Positions 36,131-45,320 of a DNA stretch of 64,000 bases are shown here, piece after piece. The DNA is from Paracoccaceae bacterium. GTDB lineage: Bacteria; Pseudomonadota; Alphaproteobacteria; Rhodobacterales; Rhodobacteraceae. The number at the start of each line of letters is the position of its first letter. Position 1 is the stretch's first letter. Location: positions 12,655 through 76,654 of the forward strand of contig JAXMNQ010000027.1 in NCBI GenBank assembly GCA_034670345.1, in the 5' to 3' direction. The notes beneath the pieces were generated by a model, which did not search any database, was not told the origin of the DNA, and saw only the letters and a program-made list of their open reading frames with translations. Position numbers and translations under genes: made by a program.

Positions 36131-38020
36131 ATGACCTATGCGGGAATGGCCGATCGCAACGCAATCGAAAACGAGATGCCCTGGGAGCAGCGGGATTTGC
36201 CCAGGACGATCTGGGGCCTGCTGAACCGCACGGCGGATCGTTTTCCGACGCGACCGGCGGTCAGTTACCAATTGTTGTCCGGACCCAAGGACAAGGCCGA
36301 AACGCTGGACTGGGCCGGTTTGCGCGACCGCACGGCGCAGGCCGCGAACCTGTTCCGCAGTCTGGGGGTCGGCGAAAACGACGTGATCGCCTACGTCATG
36401 CCCAACTGCAACGAAACCATCACCACCCTGCTGGGCGGCACGGTCGCGGGGATCGTGAACCCGATCAATCCGCTCTTGGAGGCGGAACAGATTGCCGCGA
36501 TCCTGCGCGAAACCGATGCCAAGGTCGTGGTGACGCTCAAGGCGTTTCCGAAAACCGACATCGCGCAGAAGATGGCCGAGGCGGTGCGCAACGCGCCGCA
36601 TGTGCAAACGGTGCTGGAGGTCGATCTCAACCGCTACCTGAGCCCGCCCAAAAGCTGGATCGTGCCCTTTGTACGGCCCAAGAACCCGGGCAATCATCAC
36701 GCCGACGTCAAGTGTTTCGCCAAGGAAGTGGCCAAACAGCCCAAGACGCTGAGCTTTGCTGACAGCCCCGGCGACCGGGTCGCGGCCTATTTCCACACCG
36801 GCGGCACCACCGGGATGCCCAAGGTGGCGCAGCATACCTATGAAGGCATGATCTACAACGGCTGGCTGGGCGATACCCTGCTGTTCACCGAAGAGGACAG
36901 CGTCATGTGTCCCCTGCCGCTGTTTCATGTCTTTGCCTGTCACGTCATCCTGATGGCGATGGTCTGTTCCGGCGCGCATGTGGTCTTTCCGACGCCTGCG
37001 GGCTATCGCGGCGAAGGCGTCATGGACAATTTCTGGAAACTTTGCGAGCGCTGGAAGACGACCTTTGTGATTACCGTGCCGACAGCGGTCTCGGCGCTGA
37101 TGCAGCGCAAGGTGGATGCCGATATCTCTGCCATCAAGACGGCGTTTTCCGGCTCTGCCCCGATGCCGATGGAACTGTTCAAACGGTTCGAGAGCGCCTG
37201 TGGCGTGACCATCTGCGAAGGCTATGGTCTGACAGAGGCGACCTGCCTTGTCGCGGTGAACCCGCCGGACGGGGCCAAGAAGGTCGGCTCGGTCGGGATT
37301 CCCTTTCCCTATACGGATGTACGCATCATCAAGGTCGCGAATGGTGAGCCGGTGGAATGCGGCGTCGATGAAATTGGTGAAATCTGCGTGTCGAACCCCG
37401 GCGTCTTTGCGGGGCACACCTATACAGAGGCCGCGAAGAACGCGGACCTGTTTCACTATGGCACCCACCTGCGGACCGGCGATCTGGGCCGCAAGGATAC
37501 CGATGGCTACCTGTGGATCACCGGCCGCGCCAAGGATCTGATCATTCGCGGTGGCCACAACATCGACCCGGCCGAGATCGAGGAGGCGCTGTTGGGGCAT
37601 CCGGCGGTGGCCTTCGCGGGCGCGATCGGGCAGCCTGACGCCCACTCCGGTGAACTGCCCTGCGCCTTTGTCGAACTGATGGACGGCGCGAAAGTGACAG
37701 AGGCGGAACTGCTCGAACACGCCAAGGTGCATGTCCATGAGCGCGCGGCCCATCCCAAGCACATGACGATCCTGCCGGAATTGCCCAAAACGGCGGTGGG
37801 CAAGGTCTTCAAGCCCGATCTGCGCAAACACGCGATCACGCGGGTCTACAATGATGCGCTTCAAGAGGCGGGCTGCGCGGCGCGGGTGACCGGGGTTATC
37901 GACGACAAGAGCCGGGGATTGGTGGCGCAGGTCACTGCCAATGGTGCAAGCGAGAGTGACGTCAGCGGCGTGCTGGGCGATTTCACGCGGCCTTGGGAAT
38001 GGGCGGACGCTGACAAATAA
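36131..38020 (+). CDS. Acyl-CoA synthetase (AMP-binding)
   Basis: YFHTGGTTGMPK, EGYGLTE, RTGDLG, GRAKDLIIRGG, LPKTAVGK. Confidence 0.93.
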   Translation: MTYAGMADRNAIENEMPWEQRDLPRTIWGLLNRTADRFPTRPAVSYQLLSGPKDKAETLDWAGLRDRTAQAANLFRSLGVGENDVIAYVMPNCNETITTLLGGTVAGIVNPINPLLEAEQIAAILRETDAKVVVTLKAFPKTDIAQKMAEAVRNAPHVQTVLEVDLNRYLSPPKSWIVPFVRPKNPGNHHADVKCFAKEVAKQPKTLSFADSPGDRVAAYFHTGGTTGMPKVAQHTYEGMIYNGWLGDTLLFTEEDSVMCPLPLFHVFACHVILMAMVCSGAHVVFPTPAGYRGEGVMDNFWKLCERWKTTFVITVPTAVSALMQRKVDADISAIKTAFSGSAPMPMELFKRFESACGVTICEGYGLTEATCLVAVNPPDGAKKVGSVGIPFPYTDVRIIKVANGEPVECGVDEIGEICVSNPGVFAGHTYTEAAKNADLFHYGTHLRTGDLGRKDTDGYLWITGRAKDLIIRGGHNIDPAEIEEALLGHPAVAFAGAIGQPDAHSGELPCAFVELMDGAKVTEAELLEHAKVHVHERAAHPKHMTILPELPKTAVGKVFKPDLRKHAITRVYNDALQEAGCAARVTGVIDDKSRGLVAQVTANGASESDVSGVLGDFTRPWEWADADK

Positions 38021-38038
38021 GCGGTCGGTCAACACGTT

Positions 38039-38076
38039 GCAAAGGCGCGCGGGAGCTTCTCCTGCGCGCCTTTTGC
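38039..38076. terminator. Bidirectional intrinsic terminator
   Basis: GCAAAGGCGCGCGGGAG-CTT-CTCCTGCGCGCCTTTTGC between convergent genes. Confidence 0.75.
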
Positions 38077-38077
38077 G

Positions 38078-39511
38078 TCAGGTGGGCGGGGCATTCACCG
38101 GGTCAATGGGGGTGGTCGCAAACCCCGTTGCCTGTTCCAGTCGGCGGGCGATCTGCAGCAGGCGCGCCTCGCCCCGGGGCGGGCCGATCAGTTGCAGACC
38201 GACCGGCAAGCCGCGCGCATCACGGCCCACTGGCAGCGACAGGGCCGGCAGGCCGCAGACCGTGGCGAGAAAGGAAAAACCCAACCAATCCAGATAGTCC
38301 CGACTCTCGACGCCATCGACCACCGGGGGGTATTCGATCTCGACCGGCAGGGGCGCAATACCGGTGACCGGGCAGGCCAGCACGTCGTAGCGCGACAGGA
38401 ACCGGCGCATGACGTCATAGAGGCGGCTGCGGGTCAGGTTGGCCTCGGCGATCTGATCGACGGTCAACCGGCCACCGGATGCGATGTTTTCCTTCAGCGT
38501 GGGTTTGTACTGATCATAGATCCGGGCAGGCGTGGCCTTGAACCCGGTCCACATTCCCAGCGCGCGGAAGGTGCGGAAACACTCGGACAGGCCGGTGGTT
38601 TTCGGGCTGTCCTCGGTCACCCTAACGTCCGGGGCCTGCAGGCGCGTGACGGCATCGGCAAGGATCTGCCGCATCTCAGGTTCCACCGGGGCGATTCCGC
38701 CAAGGTCGGGCGCAAAGGCAATGTGGATGTCACCGGCCCCGGCGCGGCACTGGTCCAGATAGCTGCGCTGAGGTGCAGGAAAGGCGAGTGGTGAGCTTGG
38801 GTCCCATCCGGCCATCGCATCCAGAAATAGCGCGCAATCCTCGACAGTTCGGGCCATCGGCCCATCGACGCCCATAAGGTTGAAATGGTCGTGCCCGCCG
38901 GGGCTGGCGACCACACCGGGCGAGGGGCGCAGTCCGACGATGCCGCAGAAACTTGCCGGCGTGCGCAGCGAACCGCCAACGTCCGAACCCTGACTGAGCC
39001 AGACCTCTCCCGCCGCCAGCCCCGCCGCCGCCCCGCCAGAGGACCCGCCGGCGTTCATGGTCGTGTGCCAGGGGTTGCGGGTGGCGCCGAAGACCGGGTT
39101 GAAGGTATTGGCGCCCGCGCCCATTTCGGGAGTGTTTGTCTTTCCCATGACCACACCGCCGCGTGCCTCCAGCCGCAGGACAAGGGGGGCCGAGGTATCG
39201 GGCACATGGTCCGCCAGACCCGGCGTTCCAAAGGTTGTGCGCACGCCGGAAACCGGTGTCAGGTCTTTGATTGCAATAGGCAATCCGGCCAATAGGCTGC
39301 CGGGGTCGACCTGTTTGGCAGAGCCATGTGCCCGTTCGGCACAGAGCGTCACAGTGGCGTTTATCGCAGGCGAGGTTTGTTCAATGCGGGCAAGGCTGGC
39401 CCCAATCAGTTCGGCCGGGCTGACCTCACCACGGCGCAGAAGATCGACCACCTCGCAGGCGGTGTGTCGGCACAGGTCCGGGCCGCTGAACAGCGGGTCA
39501 GCAGACGTCAT
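38078..39511 (-). CDS. Amidase signature family protein
   Basis: IKDL, GKTNTPE, GGSSGG, GSDVGGSLRTPAS. Confidence 0.92.
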   Translation of the reverse strand: MTSADPLFSGPDLCRHTACEVVDLLRRGEVSPAELIGASLARIEQTSPAINATVTLCAERAHGSAKQVDPGSLLAGLPIAIKDLTPVSGVRTTFGTPGLADHVPDTSAPLVLRLEARGGVVMGKTNTPEMGAGANTFNPVFGATRNPWHTTMNAGGSSGGAAAGLAAGEVWLSQGSDVGGSLRTPASFCGIVGLRPSPGVVASPGGHDHFNLMGVDGPMARTVEDCALFLDAMAGWDPSSPLAFPAPQRSYLDQCRAGAGDIHIAFAPDLGGIAPVEPEMRQILADAVTRLQAPDVRVTEDSPKTTGLSECFRTFRALGMWTGFKATPARIYDQYKPTLKENIASGGRLTVDQIAEANLTRSRLYDVMRRFLSRYDVLACPVTGIAPLPVEIEYPPVVDGVESRDYLDWLGFSFLATVCGLPALSLPVGRDARGLPVGLQLIGPPRGEARLLQIARRLEQATGFATTPIDPVNAPPT

Positions 39512-39833
39512 CGTCCGGCGCACAGAACATGTCGTAAAGCAACGCGATCACGCGGCTGGTGTTGTCGTTGGACAGGCTGTAGTAGATTGTCTTGCCTTCG
39601 CGACGCGTGGTCACAAGGCCCTCTTCGCGCAGACGGGCCAGCATCTGGCTGACGGCTGCCTGCCGGATGCCCAGAAGATTCTCCAACTCGCCCACGGATT
39701 TTTCGCCCGACCCGAGGTGGCACAGAATCATCAGACGCCCCTCATGCGCGAGGGTCTTGAGAAACGCCGCAGCGTGTTTGGCGTTGGTCTCCATTTCGCC
39801 CGGCGGCGCTGCGAATTTGGTCAGGTCTTCCAT
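39498..39833 (-). CDS. ArsR-family regulator, SqrR/BigR-like (persulfide sensor type)
   Basis: LKTLAHEGRLMILCHL and C-terminal LYDMFC carry the two Cys at BigR/SqrR-type positions. Confidence 0.8.
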   Translation of the reverse strand: MEDLTKFAAPPGEMETNAKHAAAFLKTLAHEGRLMILCHLGSGEKSVGELENLLGIRQAAVSQMLARLREEGLVTTRREGKTIYYSLSNDNTSRVIALLYDMFCAPDDDVC

Positions 39834-39887
39834 GGGACTCGCTTGGTTTTCCTCATTATATAACGTGGCCCTCCCGGAAATGCGAGA

Positions 39888-41120
39888 TCATGATTCGGTC
39901 GCTGGTGCGCCGCCTTCGAATGCGTTTCCATTTGCATAGTCACAAGGCGCATCCTGCATCTGCAGGTGCAGATCGGTTCCCGAATAGGGGTGGGCGCGGG
40001 CCAGATCCTCGTCAACTTCGATGCCAAGGCCGGGTTCCGTCGGGGCGGGAACAAAGCCGTTTTCGACGCGTATCGTGCCTTTGATCAGCGCGTCATGGAA
40101 CGGCGTTTCGATGGTCTCGGCGATCAGCAGGTTGGGAATGGCGGCGGCAAGCTGGATGTTGGCCGCCCATTCCACCGGACCGGCATAGAGGTGCGGGGCT
40201 ATTTCCGCGTTGAAGCTTTCGGCCATGGCGGCCAGCTTGCGCATTTCCCAGATACCGCCCGCGCGGCCCAGGGCCGGTTGCAGGATGCTGGCCCCGCCGA
40301 TGCGCAGCAGGGTCGCGAATTCGGAGCGTGTCGTCAGCCGTTCGCCGGTGGCGATGGGGATACGGACGGCACGCGCGACCTCGGCGAATTCCAGCAGGTT
40401 GTCAGGCGGCACCGGTTCCTCGAACCAGAGCGGCAGGTAGGGCTCCAAAGCCTGACCCAGCCGGATGGCGCCCGCGGTGCTGAACTGGCCATGCGTGCCG
40501 AACAGCAGGTCGGCGCGATCGCCGACGGCCTCGCGGATCGCTTTGCAAAAGGCGACGGACAAAGCGATGTCACGCATTCCGGGCTGATGACCGCCGCGCA
40601 TGGTATATGGGCCCGCCGGATCGAACTTGACCGCCGTATAGCCGCGTTCGACGCAGTCCAATGCGGATTCGGCGGCCATCTCGGGCGAGGTCCAGAAATC
40701 TGACATTTTGTGCCGGGGCAGCGGGTAGAGATAGGTATAGGCGCGGATGCGTTCGTTCATCAGTCCGCCGATCAAGGCCCAGACCGGGCGGTTGCGCGCC
40801 TTGCCCAGGATGTCCCAGCAGGCGATTTCCAGGCCCGAAAAAGCCCCCATCACCGTCAGGTCGGGCCGCTGGGTAAAGCCCGAGGAATAGGTGCGGCGGA
40901 ACATGCGTTCGATGTTCTCGGGGTTCTCGCCTTCGAAGTAGCGGGCAAAGACATCGCCGATCACGGCCTTCATCGCCTCGGGGCCGATGGAGGCGGCGTA
41001 ACACTCTCCCCAGCCGGTGACCCCGTCAGCGGTGGTCAGCTTGACGAGGATCCAGTAGCGCCCGCCCCAGCCCGGCGCGGGAGGCGCGGTGACGATCACG
41101 TCGAGGTCCTGGAGTTTCAT
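39888..41120 (-). CDS. Mandelate racemase/muconate lactonising enzyme (enolase) superfamily, galactonate-dehydratase-like
   Basis: GWGE, EIACWDILGK, KFD, WFEEP, ATGE, APH, PGLG. Confidence 0.88.
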   Translation of the reverse strand: MKLQDLDVIVTAPPAPGWGGRYWILVKLTTADGVTGWGECYAASIGPEAMKAVIGDVFARYFEGENPENIERMFRRTYSSGFTQRPDLTVMGAFSGLEIACWDILGKARNRPVWALIGGLMNERIRAYTYLYPLPRHKMSDFWTSPEMAAESALDCVERGYTAVKFDPAGPYTMRGGHQPGMRDIALSVAFCKAIREAVGDRADLLFGTHGQFSTAGAIRLGQALEPYLPLWFEEPVPPDNLLEFAEVARAVRIPIATGERLTTRSEFATLLRIGGASILQPALGRAGGIWEMRKLAAMAESFNAEIAPHLYAGPVEWAANIQLAAAIPNLLIAETIETPFHDALIKGTIRVENGFVPAPTEPGLGIEVDEDLARAHPYSGTDLHLQMQDAPCDYANGNAFEGGAPATES

Positions 41121-41140
41121 GGCCTTCTCCTGATATTTGG

Positions 41141-41204
41141 CGGGTTTTCGGGGGCTCTGCCCCCCGCCTGCGGCGTCCCCCGAGGTATTTGAAAACCCGA
41201 AGAA
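41141..41204. repeat. REP-like palindromic element, family A copy 1
   Basis: GGGGGCTCTGCCCCC..TGCGG..TCCCCCGAGGTATTTGAAAACC..AAGAA, matching 59672-59734; flanks CGGGTTTTC/GAAAACCCG pair. Confidence 0.7.
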
Positions 41205-41224
41205 ACAGCAGGGATGCGCTGTTG

Positions 41225-42313
41225 TCAGGCGTTGTCGAACAAGATGACGTTGCGCCGTGCGCCGCCGCCTTTGGTGTCGGCGATGGCCTCGTTGATCTGT
41301 TCCAGCGACCAGCGGCCGGACACCAGCTCATCGAGCTTCAGGCGTCCCTGACGGTAGAGGTCCGCCATCCACGGGATGTCGCGCTGTATCACCACGTCGC
41401 CCATTTTCGAACCAACCATCTGCTGGCCCATGAAGGCGGGGACAACCGGTTCATAGCTGGCTGTCGCGCCGGAATGTGGCATTCCAACCATCACCATGCG
41501 CCCGCCCCAGCCGACATAGCGCATCGCCTGCTCATAAGCGGGGATCGCGCCGACGGTAACCGCCACCACGTCGGCCCCGCGTCCCATGAGGTCGATCGCT
41601 TTCTTCCAAGGGGTCTCGTCGCTGGCCAGCACACCATCTGTCGCGCCGAAGTCGCGGGCGATGGCCAGTTTTTCCTCGCTCATGTCGACGGCGACGATAC
41701 GGCGGGCGCCGCCGATGCGCGCGCCCTGGATCGCGTTCAGGCCGACGCCGCCCGCGCCGATCACAACTACATCGTCACCCGGACGCATCTTGCCCGCATT
41801 GATCACCGCGCCGATGCCGGTGATCACGCCGCAGGCCAGCAGACATACCGCCTCGGCGGGCATGTCTTCGGGCATGACGACGACCTGACTTTGATCGACG
41901 ACAACGCGTTCGGCGAAGGCCCCGCAGAACATGGCTGAGACAACCGGCGTGCCGTCCGGGCGGAGCAGCACCGGATCCGTTGTGCGATTGCCGATGCAGA
42001 TCGTGGGTTTGCCCCCGGCGCAGTTCGGGCAGGTGCCGCAGGCGCGGATCAGTGTGACGACCACGCGGTCGCCCGCCTTCAGATCTTTGACGCCACCGCC
42101 GAGTGCGGTGACGCGGCCTGCGGCCTCATGGCCATAGACGGCGGGCAGATCACCACCCCAGGCCCCTTCGGCGTAGGAAATATCGGAATGGCAGATGGCG
42201 ACCGCCTCCAGCGTCACTTCGATCTCGCCCGCGCCGGGGGCGCGCAGATCCAACTCTTCGATCCGGAGGGGGGTATTGTGGGCGGTACAGACCGCGGCGC
42301 GGATACGTGGCAT
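41225..42313 (-). CDS. Zn-dependent alcohol dehydrogenase (class III-like)
   Basis: ICHSD, GHEAAG, CGTCPNC..C, ACGVITG, GAGGVG. Confidence 0.92.
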   Translation of the reverse strand: MPRIRAAVCTAHNTPLRIEELDLRAPGAGEIEVTLEAVAICHSDISYAEGAWGGDLPAVYGHEAAGRVTALGGGVKDLKAGDRVVVTLIRACGTCPNCAGGKPTICIGNRTTDPVLLRPDGTPVVSAMFCGAFAERVVVDQSQVVVMPEDMPAEAVCLLACGVITGIGAVINAGKMRPGDDVVVIGAGGVGLNAIQGARIGGARRIVAVDMSEEKLAIARDFGATDGVLASDETPWKKAIDLMGRGADVVAVTVGAIPAYEQAMRYVGWGGRMVMVGMPHSGATASYEPVVPAFMGQQMVGSKMGDVVIQRDIPWMADLYRQGRLKLDELVSGRWSLEQINEAIADTKGGGARRNVILFDNA

Positions 42314-42420
42314 ATCAAAGGCTCCCCGTTTTCGGCTGAGCCTGCGCAGGCGCGCCCTGCGCCGCAAGTCGGAAAGCGACGTTAGCCCGTCGCGTTACGT
42401 TACGGCACAAGGCATTCCGG

Positions 42421-43752
42421 TCAGGCAGGCAGCCTTGAGACGGCGGCGGCAAAGGCGCGCGCCTCCTGCGGGGCGGTGCCCATCTGCGTGACCGGGTCGA
42501 ACAGCGCGTGCGGCAGGTCGGGATGTGCGGTCAGCGCAACCTCGGCCAGCGGCCTGCCGGTCTCGCGCGCCGCCTTGCACAGGGTCTTGGTCGCGGCCTG
42601 TGCCTCGGGGCGCGGCATCTGGTCGGCAAGGGCAAAGGACAGCGCCTCGGCCATCAAGAGCCCGCCGGTGGCGTCAAGCGTCTGCGCCATGGCACTGGCA
42701 TCGGGCGTCAGGGTTTCGGCCTGTGACTGGGCATGGGTCATCGCGGCGGCACTAGTCAGCACCAGTTGCGGCAGGCACAGCCATTCGGTGAACCAGGCCG
42801 CGCCGTCGCGTTGCTGGGCGTGAATGGCGGCCCCCTGCAGCGTCGCGTTCAGACCCTGTGCATGGCGGGCCAGCGCGATCATCGCCGAGGGGCCGACGGG
42901 GTTCTGTTTCTGCGGCATGGTGGAGGAGGCGCCGGAGCCGCCCAGCCGCACCTCGCCAATACCGGACTGGGTGGCGCGGACCAGATCCTTGCCCATCTTG
43001 CCGGCGGCCAGCGCGGTGCGGGTCAGCCAATCGGCAAGCTTCAGGATCGGGGTGCGGTCGCTGTGCCAGCTGTGCCCCGGATCACTAAGCCCCAATTTCG
43101 CGGCCATGTCGGCGCGCAAACCCGCCGGGTCCGGCCCAAGTGCCGAAGCCGTGCCCGCCGCGCCGGACAGCGAAATCAGCAGCGTGGTGTCGCGCAGCGC
43201 GGGAAGGTCCTGCAAGGCGGTCAGCAGCGGCCAGCCCCACGCAGCCGCCTGTGCCCCAAAGCTCATCGGGGTGGCGTGTTGCCCATAGGTGCGCGCGGCC
43301 ATCGGCGTTTCGGCATGCTCTGTCGCCAGCCGTGCCAAGGCGGTCAGGGTTGCCCGCAGGCGGTCCTCCTGCAAGGTCAGCGCCTGCCGCAGCCGCAACA
43401 TCAAACCGGTGTCCAGAATGTCCTGCGAGGTCGCCCCCCAATGCAGGTACTGGCCATGTTCAGGTGCCTCCATTGCCTTGCGGAAGGCGGCGACGAAAGC
43501 GGGGACGCTCACGCCATTCCGGCCCGTCTCCTCGGCCAGACCGGCGGGGTCGACCTGGCATTCAAGGCTGCACCTCTGGATGAAGGCGGCAGAGATTTCC
43601 GGGATCACGCCCTGCGCCCCCTGCGCCTGTGCCAGCGCCCCTTCGACCAGCATCATGGCCCGGATCTCGGCGTTGTCGCTGAACAGGCGGGCGGTTTCCC
43701 CTGTTGCAAAAAGCTGTGTCAGGTGGGCGCTGTCAAAGGGTGTGGCGGGCAT
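42421..43752 (-). CDS. pcaB: 3-carboxy-cis,cis-muconate cycloisomerase-like (fumarase/adenylosuccinate lyase superfamily)
   Basis: HWGATSQDILDT, RTYGQHATP, SSTMPQKQNP; near a pcaD-like gene. Confidence 0.7.
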   Translation of the reverse strand: MPATPFDSAHLTQLFATGETARLFSDNAEIRAMMLVEGALAQAQGAQGVIPEISAAFIQRCSLECQVDPAGLAEETGRNGVSVPAFVAAFRKAMEAPEHGQYLHWGATSQDILDTGLMLRLRQALTLQEDRLRATLTALARLATEHAETPMAARTYGQHATPMSFGAQAAAWGWPLLTALQDLPALRDTTLLISLSGAAGTASALGPDPAGLRADMAAKLGLSDPGHSWHSDRTPILKLADWLTRTALAAGKMGKDLVRATQSGIGEVRLGGSGASSTMPQKQNPVGPSAMIALARHAQGLNATLQGAAIHAQQRDGAAWFTEWLCLPQLVLTSAAAMTHAQSQAETLTPDASAMAQTLDATGGLLMAEALSFALADQMPRPEAQAATKTLCKAARETGRPLAEVALTAHPDLPHALFDPVTQMGTAPQEARAFAAAVSRLPA

Positions 43753-43756
43753 GGTG

Positions 43757-44467
43757 TCAGGCTTTCACAAGGCTGTCGATGGTCCGGGCGAGTTGCCCGG
43801 GCATCGAGAAGAAAGGAGAGTGTGAACTGTCGAGTGCGGCAACCCGGTCCGGCGCGAACCGGTCTGCCATGCGGCGTTGAAAGGCCGGCGGAATGGTGCG
43901 GTCCTGTGTGCAGAGGATGTAGTTTCGGGGCAGCGACTGTGAGCGTTCCGTCAGGTTGACCGGGAGGGCGGAGGCGGCAACCGCCTGCGGGCACAACCGC
44001 TCCAGCGCGAAGGACACGGTTTCGGGCGGGCAGTCGTGATAGAACAGGTCGCGCGCCATGTCGGGGTCGATCGTAAAGCTGCGCCGGTCCCCGGACAACC
44101 GGATCGCCGGAAGCAGGGGTTGGTCCGGCGCTTCCATCCGCATCTGGGCAAGGCTGAGGCCCGGCCAAGGATCGTAGGCGCAGAGGTAGGTCAGCGACAG
44201 GATTTGTGCGGGCGCCAATTCGGCGGCTTGGGTGATCGCATAGCCGCCCATCGAATGGCCGACGACATGGGCAGGCCCTTTCAGCGCATCCGCGATGGCC
44301 TGCCCATAGGTCTCTAGCGTGACCTCGTTGACCGGTGTCGGGTCGTCCCCGTGCGACGGCAGGTCGATGGCGCGCGCTTGATGCCCGAGCGCCCGCAGCG
44401 CCGGGATCGTGTCACGCCAACACCATGCCCCGTGTGCCGCGCCGTGGATCAGGAGGATCTCCGCCAA
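43757..44467 (-). CDS. Alpha/beta hydrolase (methylesterase-like)
   Basis: IHGAAHGAWCW, VGHSMGG, QDRTI, SSHSPF. Confidence 0.9.
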   Translation of the reverse strand: MAEILLIHGAAHGAWCWRDTIPALRALGHQARAIDLPSHGDDPTPVNEVTLETYGQAIADALKGPAHVVGHSMGGYAITQAAELAPAQILSLTYLCAYDPWPGLSLAQMRMEAPDQPLLPAIRLSGDRRSFTIDPDMARDLFYHDCPPETVSFALERLCPQAVAASALPVNLTERSQSLPRNYILCTQDRTIPPAFQRRMADRFAPDRVAALDSSHSPFFSMPGQLARTIDSLVKA

Positions 44468-44471
44468 GGGC

Positions 44472-45260
44472 TCAGGCCGCGCCCTGCGCCTTGAGAAACG
44501 CGGTCAGGATTGCGGCGTATTCCTCGGGCTTTTCCACGCAGGGCAGGTGGCCCGCGCTGCGGATCAGTTCCTTTTGCGATCCAGGGATCAGATCGGCGGT
44601 CTCGAACACCAGATCGGGTGGAGTGGAGCCGTCCTCGCTGCCCGCGATGGCCAGTGTCGGCAGGCGCAGCCCGCTGGTCGAGCTGATGAAATCGGTGCCG
44701 GAGATGGCGGCCGCGCAACCGGTCCAGCCCGTCGCAGGGGTGCGCAGGAACATGTTGCGCCATGCGGGGAATTCCGGGTCGGCGTGGAAGGGTTTGGAAA
44801 ACCAGCGGTCCATGGTCGGGTCGACCACCGACTCCAGCCCGCCCGCGTTGACGGCCTCGATGCGGTCCGCCCACATGTCGCGGGTGCCGATCTTGGCCCC
44901 GGTGTTGGACAAGACCATCGCGCGCACAAGATCCAGCCGTTTGGCCGCGAGGCCCTGCGCGATCATTCCGCCGATCGAGAGGCCGACAAAGATGGCATTG
45001 GCAAAGCCGGTATGCTCCATCAGTTTTTCGGTGTCGGAAATCAGTGCGCCCATGCTGTAGGGGCCTTGCGGCACATCCGACAGACCATGCCCGCGCTTGT
45101 CGAAGCGCAGGATGCGCAGGTTCTGGGGCAGCGACGGCAGGATCTTGTCCCAGAGCCGGAAATCGGTGCCCAGCGAGTTGGCAAAAACGACCTGTGTGCC
45201 GTTCTCGGGGCCGGTGACGCTGTAGTGCAGGCGGATGCCGCCCAGTTCTGCCATCTGCAT
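44472..45260 (-). CDS. pcaD: 3-oxoadipate enol-lactonase
   Basis: FANSLGTD, FDKRGHGLS, GLSIGG, SNTGAKIG, RWF, AGHLPCVE. Confidence 0.8.
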   Translation of the reverse strand: MQMAELGGIRLHYSVTGPENGTQVVFANSLGTDFRLWDKILPSLPQNLRILRFDKRGHGLSDVPQGPYSMGALISDTEKLMEHTGFANAIFVGLSIGGMIAQGLAAKRLDLVRAMVLSNTGAKIGTRDMWADRIEAVNAGGLESVVDPTMDRWFSKPFHADPEFPAWRNMFLRTPATGWTGCAAAISGTDFISSTSGLRLPTLAIAGSEDGSTPPDLVFETADLIPGSQKELIRSAGHLPCVEKPEEYAAILTAFLKAQGAA

Positions 45261-45320
45261 GATGTGTCCCTCCGTTGGGGTTCGTTTAGCGCGAAGGGGA
45301 GCGGGCCGGAAGGGGGTAGA

